Below, piece by piece: positions 37,999-51,400 of a DNA stretch of 64,000 bases. The notes under the pieces are model-generated. The model did no database searches. It was not told the origin of the DNA and saw only the letters and a program-made list of their open reading frames with translations. Location: the NCBI GenBank assembly GCA_002269645.1, contig NIVC01000215.1, positions 682,001 through 746,000 of the forward strand, written 5' to 3'. The first letter of the stretch is position 1, and the number at the start of each line of letters is the position of its first letter. The DNA is from Macrostomum lignano (taxonomy: Eukaryota). The position numbers and the translations under genes were made by a program.

Positions 37999-40733
37999 AT
38001 GTATATAATTTTTTCCTGTACTTCTCCAGGTGACTCCGTCTCCGGCGGGGGAACTGTTGTAGCGTATTCACTAATATTATAAAAGTATTGCAGCTAGCGT
38101 ATTATAACTACTGTATTCTAGAAACTTCCGCGTAAACACGCACTTTCCATATTTGGCATTTTGAATTTCCGCGCACCACCTTTCTAGAAACTGCTTCTCG
38201 AACTTTCCGGATTCCGGAATGTTCCATCAACACGAATATAAATATACAGCACCCTAGCACGCAATTACTCAAGCCCGTTCTCTCTATTCTTTTCCACACG
38301 GAAAACAATCAAAGAAAAATTAAAGCAAACGAACCACCGCGTTCCACGCCTCAATTATTTTCGTAATACTACAACCTCACTTAGCACAATTTTTCACTTT
38401 CTTCTTGGCGATTGTCATTCAATAATAAAAACTTTATAGCACGTATCTCCCTCTAGTTATGGAGACAAAAAGTTATACTTCACAAATTGGTTCTGGTTCT
38501 GGAACCAGAACAAGCGATATGAAAAGGCCCTTATAGTATCTATTTAATATTTAGGTGAAACATTAAAAATCGCCTCGACTCGAAACCACAGTGAAATATC
38601 AAGCTCAAATTAGCAACAAATGTTCGTTTTCTTGTTGCAGTTTGTAGTGCGAAAGGTTATTCGTCAAAGTATTGGTTTTTTATACTTTTTTGTTAAAGTT
38701 CTACATTTATAGATGTATCAATACAAATTAGCAAGGGACCCAAATGCGTGACACGTGAATGACGTGTTAGTGGTACTAGGCAGTGCGTTGTGGCTGCGGA
38801 TCTTCGTTCGATTCACTGCTTCAACCATGCAATATGCATGAGTCATGACATTATATTGACAAGTCATTTGAAGTCTAAAACTAAAACCCAACTGTCAATA
38901 ACTTTTCGTTGTCATTAACCATTATCAGCTGATGGTTTTGTTGTCAGGCCCTAATACTAGGCCTAGTAATAGTTGCGTTTTATTATGTAACTAAATATTT
39001 TCTATTCTATAGTCGTGAATTTGCATTTTCTAGAAATTTCTGGCACACAATTTTTATTTGAATTTAAGTCTTGTGCTGCATATATGCCTGAATTTTGGTA
39101 TATAGCATATACTGTATGGGCTAGGCCTATGCTATAGCCAGTATAGCACATATAAATTTATTCAAGCAAAAAGGCTGAACAATGCCACTATTGTTTGTAC
39201 AAGCATGAAAATCATATTTAAGTTATAAAAAATTTATTTTGTCAAAAAATTAATAATAAAAGTTATACCTATATAGCATAAAAAATAAATATATAGGCCT
39301 AGACATAGTTGAACCATTTCTAATATATTGTTGTTAGCCTAAAGTGTAGGGCCTAAATACACAAAGGATAATAGGGCCTAGCTTTATCAAGAAGCATGTA
39401 GGCTAGGAGATTTTAGACTCATTGCTAATAGTTGGCATATTTGCCTATCCAATGCATTAGGCCCTAGACCCCTACCTTAGGGCCTAGTAAATTTTGTCTA
39501 GGACTCTAGGGCCTAGGCCCTAGCATACTAGGCCTATCTATGTTTAAGACAAAAACTTTCTGCCCCTATGCCCTAATTCCTAAAAACTAAAATTCAAAAT
39601 CTATCCTAATGCCCTATTGAAGTAGGTCTAGTCTTAATTTCTACCTTTAGCTAAGCTATGGGCATTGAGGTCTATCCAATTTAGGCCTAATTATTTAGTC
39701 ATTTACTTCCAAATCTATATTGCAATATTGGCCAATTAATAGCAACATGGCTTGGCTCTAGCATGCCAGTTGACCACTTTGCTGTTCTTTATCATACTTT
39801 GCCCTTGACTTAGCCTTACCTACCCTGCCTTGCCCTGATTTATCCTCAAAGCTACCTTGATTGGGTGATGGTCATTTTGTCAACTGGCGTTTTGTCAACT
39901 CGGTTGACAAAGTGACCAAAGTATTGGGGCGACTTTACTTGCAGTTGACGAAATGACCAATGCCTAGGTCCTTCCCATTTGCTTTTTGACGAAGTGACTA
40001 AAATTTTCATTATATGAATGATAACGTATGTAGCTGATACAGCTGCATATCTTGTATAGCTTACAATTATTGTTATATTGATGACTTGTTTTATTAATTG
40101 CCTTATTTTTTAAAAATGAACAAATTTTGCAATACCAGACTGCATGTCCATTAGGTTAAATGTTTTGATGCAAATATTCTATGCAAATGCGTCACCCTAT
40201 GCGCACTCATACCTATATGCGTCCGGGCATTAATGAATATTGAGTATTTGTATGTTATGTGACCATACACGCAACTACATAACATGGGTATTTCTTCTAT
40301 CAAAATGCATTGAGGACTGCTATAAAGTCCCCTATACGAGTATATGGAGTCATGAAAATTGGTGGACTGTGTGCGCCTAATTCCCACGCCTCCACCCTGC
40401 TGTACACAGTCAACCAAAGCCCCCGCAGCAAATCTTGCTATCCGGTAATGCTCTTGATCGGAGTATATAATTTACGCACGATTCACGCGCGCTCATTGAT
40501 CGATCATGCCATATAAAGTATTTCACTCCGCTGTCATGCTTAACTAAAATGTACAATATGCACTGTAAGAAGGCACAAGCAGACAGACGCAAAGGCACAG
40601 GCAGACGACAGGCAAACTGATCGGCGATATTGGGTGCAGTACCACAGCGGCGTGCTCTTGATTTGTGCATTAATTCTTGCTTATGTAGCTGCACAAGACT
40701 TGGCCATGTGCCTAAGCCTAGTGCTTTTACGTG

Positions 40734-41120
40734 TAGGGTTAGCAAACTTTTTACCTCAAGGGCCAGATTGAGAACCTAGCACAATGACTGCCCTTCTGGG
40801 TCCGCTTCGCTGGGCCCCTAAGCAAAATGCACCCAGGAGTCCCTGATGATTGCAAGCCATGCAAAGGAGGGAGAGAGGATAGGAATAGAGAAGAGAAATA
40901 TGAGCTGGCGTACTCGTAGAAGAAAGGAAGGCAAAGGAATAAGGATAAGAAAGTATACGATCGAGAGGAGAGATGAAATAGGAGAGGATCGATCGAGAGG
41001 AGAGGAGAGGAGAGACGAAATAGAGAAGAGAGGAGAGGAGCTGAGGATTGAGAGAGGAGGGAAGGGAGAAGAGAATGGCTACTCCAACACAGAATTGAAT
41101 ATTGGCCTGGGCCCTGGATA
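40734..41120 (+). mobile_element. Related hAT-like MITE fragment
   Basis: TAGGGTTAGCAAACTTTTTACCTCAAGGGCCAGATTGAGAACC resembles the 8378-8611 terminus, followed by a similar GA-rich interior. Right end not resolved. Confidence 0.4.
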
Positions 41121-41321
41121 TGTCATAATGCCACAAACTAACAACAGGAGTTTGGGTGCCCTTAGATTAGAAGAAATTATGTGCAATGTGCCCTCCCATC
41201 ATTAGCCCTCCCCCACTCTGAAATGTTCCGACACTACTGGCTTGAGCTATAGTACATTTACATGGTAGTCTGGGGAGTCCTGCAGTCCGAGGCCAGCTTA
41301 ATGTACAGCTGACCGCTAGAG

Positions 41322-41470
41322 GGCAGCGTTGTTCCAGGCGAGGCGGTGATCGAGACCATCCTGCTGTATACTGTCAAGACCTGGACGCTGATGAAGTTGC
41401 TCGAGCAACAAGTTGACGCGACGCACGCTGGCCTGCTGCGCGCCGCCTTCAAGATCGCCTATGCGAGTGA
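41322..41470 (+). mobile_element. Degenerate RTE-type non-LTR retrotransposon fragment
   Basis: Translation VIETILLYTVKTWTLMKLLEQQVDATHAGLLRAAFKI resembles the post-RT motif (VxSxLLYGxETWTL...LD....LR) of RTE-clade LINEs. Confidence 0.65.
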
Positions 41471-42466
41471 CCAACACGGCTTTTGTATCACCGCGCCGAC
41501 CTGTTCCGTCCAACAAGCAACCTGCTGCGCAGTCATACATGACCACATTCATGTATGTAATGGCTTGATTTGGAATGCTTTCTATATGTATGTTTTGCGA
41601 ATAGAGGACCCGGCCACTTCAAGCGTTATCTTTGGTCTGGGTTCTCCTCAACTACATGTACTACTTCTTAATTAACTTCTGCATTCAAAATTTAAAATAT
41701 ACAAATGTGCACACGGCATGTCAACCCCGTCATGCTGCACACGTTTCAAACACATGAGCACATTATATTTTGTTAGTACATGTACAAGCGTATAACAGAG
41801 ACGCATCGATCGAAAGCCGGCAGATGTTGCAGAGGGTATGAATATTAATTAGCCTGTCGACTTAGTCATTTCAGGGTTCAGTTTTACTTTTTTGTGGCTG
41901 CGGGGGGTAGTTTATTGGCAGTTGACGAAGTGACCAATGTTGGAACACTTCCTGTTGGCCAGTTGACAAAGTGACCAAGGTTTGAGATCGCTTCATTGGC
42001 TAGTTGACGAAACGACCAGTGATAAAACCAAGTTGATGAAATGGCCAGTTGACGAAACGCCAGTTGACAAAATGACTAGGACCCCCCTGATCTACCTAGA
42101 CCTGCCTTTGCCCTACTTTACCCTGCCCTGTCTTGCCCTTCTGCTCTGCCCCATGCTAAATTTGCCCCAAATTTTTAGTGAAAAATCCATCCTCTTGACT
42201 ATATTCTATACTCTATAGAATGTATAATTGATATATATTCAAGGCTAGGGCCTAGTTAAGATTGTTATTTTTTATTAGAAAATAGACCTTTTCTCTTAAG
42301 ACAAAAAATCAAATTAATTATAGATCTACACATGTTATTGATCTTAATATGCATGATAATTTAGTTGTTAAAGTCATATATATTTAATATTTAACCTAAA
42401 TTTTTCACATATAAACAAATAGGCCCCATTCAAATTTATAGAATCTACTCAACTTCTAAAAATACC

Positions 42467-45400
42467 ATGGAGACTAAAGAAATCACAGATGAGGTATGTT
42501 CATTTTCAATTCATTTTTTCATTTCCAAAAAAGAATCAAAAGATATATTTAAAAATCAACTATTGATATTTTAGAATCCTTCCAAGGTTGTAATCAATGA
42601 GACTGCTTCTCAAAAGGAAGAAATTGATTCTATTTCTAAGGAATCTGATTTGATTAATCAATTGTCTGAAGCTGCTGTTGAGATTAATCTATGTGAAGCA
42701 CTAGCTGGAGGCCCTGATGATGCTGAAGATGATATTGAAGAACATGAAGCTGTTCTTGCTGCTGTTGAGACTGAGTCAGCCAGCTATGATGAAGAACCGG
42801 TCAAACATGAATCTGGCATACCTGCTGAAAGTGATTCTTTAAAGGTATCTATAATTTCTATCTTGCATATAGAAGATAGAAAAACTATTATCTACAAAAT
42901 TTGCATACTCAAGATTAAAAGTCATTTTTTTTCTAATCTAATTTTCAGGATGTGAAACCCAAGCTATGTTTTATTTGTCAAACAGCTGTGGCTTCTCTGT
43001 TCTGCGAAAGCTGCAGTTCAGGTGAGCACTTTTTAACAAATCCACATTAAAGAATAGCCTAACATTTATAGAATTTACATTAAAGTTAGTAAACAATAAT
43101 TTAACAAAAATGAATTTCAGAGCACATTTCGACCAATTTATGCCTGCATTGCTTTATTAAGTATCACAAAGGTGACATTAAGCATGGAGCTCGTGTGCTT
43201 TCAGCCGATGTAAGCAATTTATTGAATTATTGGTTGTTTGTTCTAAATATTACTAATATGCTGTTAATAATGCTTCCCTACTAAATTATGTTTTAATCTA
43301 GGAAATAATTAAAAATCTACAAGCTGAGATCAACACTTTGGAGATGCCCTACTCGCTTAGAGACTATGACAGCCTCATTGACAATAAAGTGTTTAAAAAC
43401 AGGTATTTTGTTACTGTTACTTGTTACGCTAAATTGATTCTTCAATAGGCTACATGTCCTTCATTAGGCTACATCTTCACTTCATTAGGCTACATCTATC
43501 CTTCATTAGGCTATATCTATCCTTCATTAGGCTATATCTATCCTTCATTAGGCTACATCTTCACTTCATTAGGCTACACCTATCCTTCATTAGGCTACAT
43601 TTTTCCTTCATTAGGCTACATCTAGGCTACATCTATCCTTCATTAGGTTACATCTACCCTTCATTAAGCTACCCAATCCTTCATTAGGCTACACCTATCC
43701 TTCATTAAGCTACACCTATCCTTCATTAGGCTACACCTATCCTTCATTAGGCTACACCTATCCTTCATTAGGCTACACCTATCCTTCATTAGGCTACATC
43801 TATCCTTCATTAGGCTACATCTACCCTTCATTAGGCTACATCTATCCTTCATTAGGCTACCCAATCCTTCATTAAGCTACCCAATCCTTCATTAAGCTAC
43901 CCAATCCTTCATTAGGCTACACCTGTCCTTCATTAGGCTACATCTGTACTTCGTTCTACTCAATGCTTCATTAGGCATACATCTATTCTTCAGAAGGAAC
44001 CTTCCTCCCACCCCCTAACGCTCCCCCTCAGTTACCTGGCTCTGCTCACCGAGTGCAAGGGCGTCACGGCTGAGTTGATAGGCCGAGCCCAGCGCTTCAT
44101 AAACGCATTGCAAGAGCGCGACTCCGTAGAGTGCAGAGAATTGCGTAACGCTTGGCGAGAAAAAGAGGACCGATTGAAATTCGCTCGCAGTGTGCAGCAA
44201 GCCAACTGTGCCAAGGTTCAGCAGTACCAGTGCCGGCTGGCTGCGGCTATCACCCGGCTAGAGAAGCTGAGAGACGGCGGCGGTCAGGGTGACGGCGAGG
44301 CTGCCGAACTCACTGATGACGGCGACTGTAGTGGTTTGCTGGAACAGCTGACCAATATTTATCAAGTAAGCTGGCTTCCTGCGGGGTTGGGATCTGATTC
44401 CCCGTAGTTGGGATCTGATTCCCCGTAGTTGGGATCTGATTCCCCGTAGTTGGGATCTGATTCTCCGTAGTTGGGATCTGATTCTCCGTAGTTGGGATCT
44501 GATTCTCCGTAGTTGGGATCTGATTCCCCACAGTTGGGATCTGATTCTCCGTAGTTGGGATCTGATCCCCCGTAGTTGGGATCTGATTCTCCGTAGTTGG
44601 GATCTGATTCTCCGTAGTTGGGATCTGATTCTCCGTAGTTGGGATCTGATTCCCCACAGTTGGGATCTGATTCTCCGTAGTTGGGATCTGATTCCCCGTA
44701 GTTGGGATCTGATTCCCCGTAGTTGGGATCTGATTCCCCGTAGTTGGGATCTGATTCTCCGTAGTTGGGATCTGATCCCCCGTAGTTGGGATCTGATTCT
44801 CCGTAGTTGGGATCTGATTCTCCGTAGTTGGGATCTGATTCTCCGTAGTTGGGATCTGATTCCCCACAGTTGAGATCTGATTCTCCGTAGTTGGGATCTG
44901 ATTCCCCGTAGTTGGGATCTGATTCCCCACAGTTAATATCTGATTCCCCACAGTTGGGATCTGATCCCCCGTAGTTGGGATCTGATCCCCCGTAGTTGGG
45001 ATCTGATTCTCCGTAGTTGGGATCTGATTCTCCGTAGTTGGGATCTGATTCTCCGTAGTTGGGATCTGATTCCCCGTAGTTGGGATCTGATTCTCCGTAG
45101 TTGGGATCTGATTCCCCGTAGTTGGGATCTGATTCCCCGTAGTTGGGATCTGATTCCCCGTAGTTGGGATCTGATTCCCCACAGTTAATATCTGATTCCC
45201 CACAGTTAATATCTGATTCCCCACAGTTGGGATCTGATCCCCCGTAGTTGGGATCTGATCCCCCGTAGTTGGGATCTGATTCTCCGTAGTTGGGATCTGA
45301 TTCCCCACAGTTAATATCTGATTCCCCACAGTTGGGATCTGATCCCCCGTAGTTGAGATCTGATCCCCCGTAGTTGGGATCTGATTCTCCGTAGTTGGGA

Positions 45401-48400
45401 TCTGATTCCCCGTAGTTGGGATCTGATTCCCCGTAGTTGGGATCTGATTCCCCACAGTTAATATCTGATTCCCCACAGTTGGGATCTGATCCCCCGTAGT
45501 TGGGATCTGATCCCCCGTAGTTGGGATCTGATTCTCCGTAGTTGGGATCTGATTCTCCGTAGTTGGGATCTGATTCCCCGTAGTTGGGATCTGATTCTCC
45601 GTAGTTGGGATCTGATTCTCCGTAGTTGGGATCTGATTCTCCGTAGTTGGGATCTGATTCTCCGTAGTTGGGATCTGATCCCCCGTAGTTGGGATCTGAT
45701 TCCCCGTAGTTGGTATCTGATTCCCCACAGTTAATATCTGATTCCCCACAGTTGGGATCTGATCCCCCGTAGTTGGGATCTGATTCTCCGTAGTTGGGAT
45801 CTGATTCCCCGTAGTTGGGATCTGATTCCCCGTAGTTGGGACCTGATTCCCCACAGTTAATATCTGATTCCCCACAGTTAATATCTGATTCCCCACAGTT
45901 GGGATCTGATTCCCCACAGTTGGGATCTGATTCCCCACAGTTGGGATCTGATCCCCCGTAGTTGGGATCTGATTCTCCGTAGTTGGGATCTGATTCCCCG
46001 TAGTTGGGATCTGATTCCCCACAGTTAATATCTGATTCCCCACAGTTAATATCTGATTCCCCACAGTTGGGATCTGATTCCCCACAGTTGGGATCTGATC
46101 CCCCGTAGTTGGGATCTGATTCCCCGTAGTTGGGATCTGATTCCCGATAGTTGGGATCTGATTCCCTACAGTAGGGATCTGATTCCCCACAGTAGGAAAC
46201 TAATTCCCCACAGTAGGGATCTGATTCCCCACAGTAGGGATCTGACTCCCCACAGTAGGGATCTGATTCCCCACAGTAGGGATCTGATTCCCCACAGTAG
46301 GGATCTAATTTACCACACTTGGGAATTAATTCAAACAGTTCGCACAAAAATCCGCTGCAACCCCTCAGTCCAAGCCGCAGCCGCAGCAGCAGCCAGTTCT
46401 GTCCCCAGACGAGCCGTTGCTTCTCATACAGTTTGCCGCTCCCAGCAACCTAGCGGATCTGCTGGACCGATTCTCCTCAGTTTGCAGCGAAATCGAGCGA
46501 GTATTCAGCGTCCCCTATACTCGCCATCCGGTCAGCTCCGGTACCCTGGTGAGCCGTGGCTCCTCTCTGCTAACCGGATTGCCAACCTCCGTGTCACCGG
46601 GCGACACTCTCACCTATCGATTGATTGACAGTCGCGTATTGGGCTACGGTCTGTTCGGCGCCGCTCTGGATCATCCTCATCGGTCCTGCCTGTTGCGGGC
46701 TATGGCTACTGATGTCTCGCTTAAATTAGCTAGCGGCCAATTGAATCTATCCAATCAATTATTGTCTGGCTATGTACCGAAGATTGGCGACCAAGTGTTG
46801 GCTAGGTGCGAGGGCTTCTGGCGTCGCGGTCGGGTGGCTTATTCTCACGATTCGGGCTTTTCATCTGCTAATAGCGGCCTTACCTATTGGGGAGTGCAGC
46901 TAACTGATATGGTTCGGATTGAGAAGGTTGCGTCCAATGATATCATCGATGTTAGCAGGTTAGTGTTCTTTTTTAGCCCGTGTTTTAACTACCTAGAACG
47001 TTCAGATCCTTCAGGTTCAGCTCAGATCCTTCACGTTCAGCTCAGATCCTTCAGGTTCAGCTCAGATCCTTCACGTTTAGCTCAGATCCTTCACGTTTAG
47101 CTCAGATCCTTAACGTTCAGCTCAGATCCTTCAGGTTCAGCTCAGATCCTTCAGGTTCAGCTCCAATGCTTCAGATTCAGCTCCAATGCTTCAGGTTCAG
47201 CTCAGATCCTTCAGGTTCAGCTCCGATGCTTCAGGTTCAGCTCAGATCCTTCAGGTTCAGCTCAGATCCTTCAGATTCAGCTCCAATGCTTCAGGTTCAG
47301 CTCAGATCCTTCAGATTCAGCTCCGATGCTTCAGGTTCAGCTCAGATCCTTCAGGTTCAGCTCCGATGCTTCAGGTTCAGCTCAGATCCTTCAGGTTCAG
47401 CTCAGATCCTTCAGATTCAGCTCCGATGCTTCAGGTTCAGCTCAGATCCTTCAGATTCAGCTCCGATGCTTCAGGTTCAGCTCAGATCCTTCAGGTTCAG
47501 CTCAGATCCTTCAGATTCAGCTCCGATGCTTCAGGTTCAGCTCAGATCCTTCAGATTCAGCTCCGATGCTTCAGGTTTAGCTCAGATCCTTCAGATTCAG
47601 CTCCGATGCTTCAGGTTCAGCTCAGATCCTTCAGATTCAGCTCCGATGCTTCAGGTTCAGCTCAGATCCTTCAGATTCAGCTCCGATGCTTCAGGTTCAG
47701 CTCAGATCCTTCAGATTCAGCTCCGATGCTTCAGGTTCAGCTCAGATCCTTCAGGTTTCAGCTGATGCTTCAGGTTCAGCTCAGATCCTTCACGTTTAGC
47801 TCAGATCCTTCACGTTTAGCTCAGATCCTTAACGTTCAGCTCAGATCCTTCAGGTTCAGCTCAGATCCTTCAGGTTCAGCTCCAATGCTTCAGATTCAGC
47901 TCCAATGCTTCAGGTTCAGCTCAGATCCTTCAGGTTCAGCTCAGATCCTTCAGTTTCAGCTCAGATCCTTCAGATTCAGCTCCAATGCTTCAGGTTCAGC
48001 TCAGATCCTTCAGATTCAGCTCCAATGCTTCAGGTTCAGCTCAGATCCTTCAGATTCAGCTCCAATGCTTCAGGTTCAGCTCAGATCCTTCAGGTTCAGC
48101 TCCGATGCTTCAGGTTCAGCTCAGATCCTTCAGGTTCATTTCAGATCCTTCAGGTTGAGTGCCAGTGCTTTAGGTTGAGCTCCAATGCTTCAGGTTCAGC
48201 CCCAATGCTTCATGTCCAGTTCCAATGCTTCAGGATCAGCTCCAATGCTTCAGGTTGAGTTCCAATGCTTCAGGATCAGCTCCAATGCTTCAGGTTGAGC
48301 TCCAATGCTTCAAGATCAGCTCCAATGCTTCAAGATCAGCTCCAATGCTTCAGGTTAAGCTCCAATGCTTCAGGTTGAGCTCCAATGCTTCATGTCCAGT

Positions 48401-51400
48401 TCCAATGCTTCAGGATCAGCTCCAATGCTTCAGGATCAGCTCCAATGCTTCAGGTTAAGCTCCAATGCTTCAGGTTAAGCTCCAATGCTTCAGGTTGAGC
48501 TCCAATGCTTCAAGATCAGCTCCAATGCTTCAAGATCAGCTCCAATGCTTCAGGTTGAGCTCCAATGCTTCAGGTTGAGCTCCAGTGCTTCAGGTTGAGC
48601 TCCAATGCTTCAGGTTGAGCTCCAATGCTTCAGGTTGAGCTCCAATGCTTCAGGTTAAGCTCCAATGCTTCAGGTTAAGCTCCAATGCTTCAGGATCAGC
48701 TCCAATGCTTCAGGTTGAGCTCCAATGCTTCAGGATCAGCTCCAATGCTTCAGGATCAGCTCCAATGCTTCAGGATCAGCTCCAATGCTTCAGGTTGAGC
48801 TCCAATGCTTTAGGATCAGCTCCAATGCTTCAGGTTGAGCTCCAATGCTTCAGGTTGAGCTCCAATGCTTCAGGTTGAGCTCCAATGCTTCAGGTTAAGC
48901 TCCAATGCTTCAGGATCAGCTCCAATGCTTCAGGATCAGCTCTAACGCTTCAGGATCAGCTCCAATGCTTCCGCTTTAGCTCTGGTATCTTATTATTGAT
49001 ATGCCATTTAGTACTTAAACCACTTATTACAAAATTTATTAAGTTATTAACACAAGCCCTCATTAACCTGAAATCTCCGCAGTACCCCAAACGGTTACGG
49101 CCGTTTCCCGGACATTCCTCAGCTGGCTATTCTCGCCTGCCTAGTTGAACCGTACGAAAAGAGCCCGTTCGAGGACAGGGCTTGGCTGGCCCGCTGGCTG
49201 GCTGATCGCGGCGTCGACTTGCCCGACTGCGGCGGTGCAACGGCCGTCAAGCAGGACGACTTTGATGACGCTGCCAAGGGGCCGCCGGTTAGGATTCGGA
49301 TTGTACGACAGATTGAATTCCGCCAGAAGTTGGCGCACCTGGTGCAGCTGTGGCCCTGCGGCACGGACGAAAGCGACAAGGATAAGGTTTGTGCGGTTTA
49401 TTTAGCGACATCTTCGACATCATTCATCGACTCATTTACCGACATCATTCATCGACTCATTTACCGACATATTCATCGACTCTTATCGACATATTCATCG
49501 ACTCTTATCGACATATTCATCGACTCATTTTATCGACATATTCATGGACTCATTTACCGACATATTCATCAACTCATTTACCGACATATTCATCGACTCA
49601 TTTACCGACGTATTCATCGACTCATTTACCTACATATTCATCGACATATTATCGACTTATTCACCGACTCATTTACCGACATATTCATCGATTCATTTAC
49701 CGACATATTCATCGACATATTATCGACTTATTCATCGACTCATTTACCCACATATTTATCGACTCATTTACCGACATATTCATCAACTCATTTACCGACA
49801 TATTCATCGACTCTTATCGACATATTCATCGACTCTTATCGACATATTCATCGACACATTTATCGACTTATTCATCAACTCATTTACCGACATATTCATC
49901 GACTCATTTACCGACATATCCATCGACTCATTTTATCGACATATTCATCGACTCATTTACCGACATATTCATCGACTTATTTACCGACATATTCATCGAC
50001 TCATTTATCGACATATTCATCGAAACATTTATCGACTTATTCATCGACTCATTTACCGACATATTCATCGACTCATTTACCGACATATTCATCGACTCAT
50101 TTACCGATATATTCATCAACTCATTTACCGACATATTCATCGACTCATTTACCGATATATTCATCAACTCATTTACCGACATATTCATCGACTCATTTAC
50201 CGACATATTCATCGACACATTATCGACATATTTATCGACTCATTTACCCACATATTCATCGACTCATTTACCGACATATTCATCGACTCTTATCGACATA
50301 TTCATCGACTCTTATCGACATATTCATGGACTCATTTTATCGACATATTCATCGACTCATTGACCGACATATTCATCGACTCATTTACCGACATATTCAT
50401 CGACTTATTTTATCGACATATTCATCGACTCATTTACCGACATATTCATCGACTCATTTACCGACATATTCATCGACATATTATCGACTTATTTATCGAC
50501 TCATTTACCGACATATTCATCGACTCTTATCGACATATTCATCGACTCTTATCGACATATTCATCGACTCTTATCGACATATTCATGGACTCATTTTATC
50601 GACATATTCATCGACTCATTTACCGACATATTCAGCGACTCATTTTATCGACATATTCATCGACTCATTTACCGACATATTCATCGACTCATTTTATCGA
50701 CATATTCATCGACTCATTTACCGACATATTCATCTACTCATTTTATCGACATATTCGACAGATATTTATATATTGAATTTGAGCATTATATTAAGCGACA
50801 ATTTGATGGATAAGTAAATCAAGCAAACTCAAAACAATCCTCCAGATCCAAGCCTGCTCAATCGACTTTGCAAACGAGTTGGAGCGTCAAAAAAAGGCTC
50901 AGGCAGCCGCGTCTCAGTCTGTCTGCCGCGACATCCGACTTGGCACGGATCCCACTGTCAGCTGCTCCAGGGCCATGTTCAATGCCCCAGCTGGTGAGTG
51001 TGTCCAGAGAGAGAGGGGCCTCTAGGAGTGTATTGTGTCAGACTAGACAAGTGTTTTGCATTGACATTGACGCACAACCGGTGAGAGGCATTACTGCCCA
51101 TTCGGCCGACTCCCCATAAGCAGGCACACGTATGCAGTCATACGCACAGACACACACAAGAGTGTACAGCCCTAACTTTATTTATCGTTAGGCATGTACA
51201 CTTCACTGTGCCTTGGGGGTTGGTCAAGCCGAAAGTTCAATTTAGCCCCAAATTAATGTGCCAGACCACTTTGCTACGGCCCACCCAGTCCTGCAAGTGA
51301 TGTCTTTTGTAATTAGATCCGCCCTTAATTATTCCGTGAGAGTCTTCTCTATAATTTAAAAAAAATCGCTAAATATCTGAAATAAATCGCCAAAAATCGT

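Larger units (their letters stand above)
29240..38373 (+). mobile_element. Small non-autonomous LTR retroelement (TRIM-like) expanded by nested DNA transposons
   Basis: Two 316-bp direct repeats with TGT...ACA ends: 5' LTR 29240-32263 (interrupted) and 3' LTR 38058-38373, about 4 differences. 4-bp TSD ACCT at 29236-39 and 38374-77. PBS-like TGGTCCGGTGAGGCG at 32266; purine tract GGCGGGGGAA just before the 3' LTR. The native internal region is about 1.05 kb with no recognisable gag/pol. Confidence 0.85.
39863..42084. mobile_element. TIR DNA transposon with GTTGACRAARTGACC subterminal repeats
   Basis: TIR GGGTGATGGTCATTTTGTCAACTGGCGTTTTGTCAACT versus AGTTGACGAAACGCCAGTTGACAAAATGACTAGGACCC. It interrupts a continuous CCCTG/CCTTG-rich tract. 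TSD unclear (possibly TGA). Confidence 0.7.

Noticed and set aside
49219-50817. 532-aa ORF
   Set aside because: Only 49083-49386 is exon (donor AAG|GTTTGT); the rest is read-through into a 23-bp satellite.
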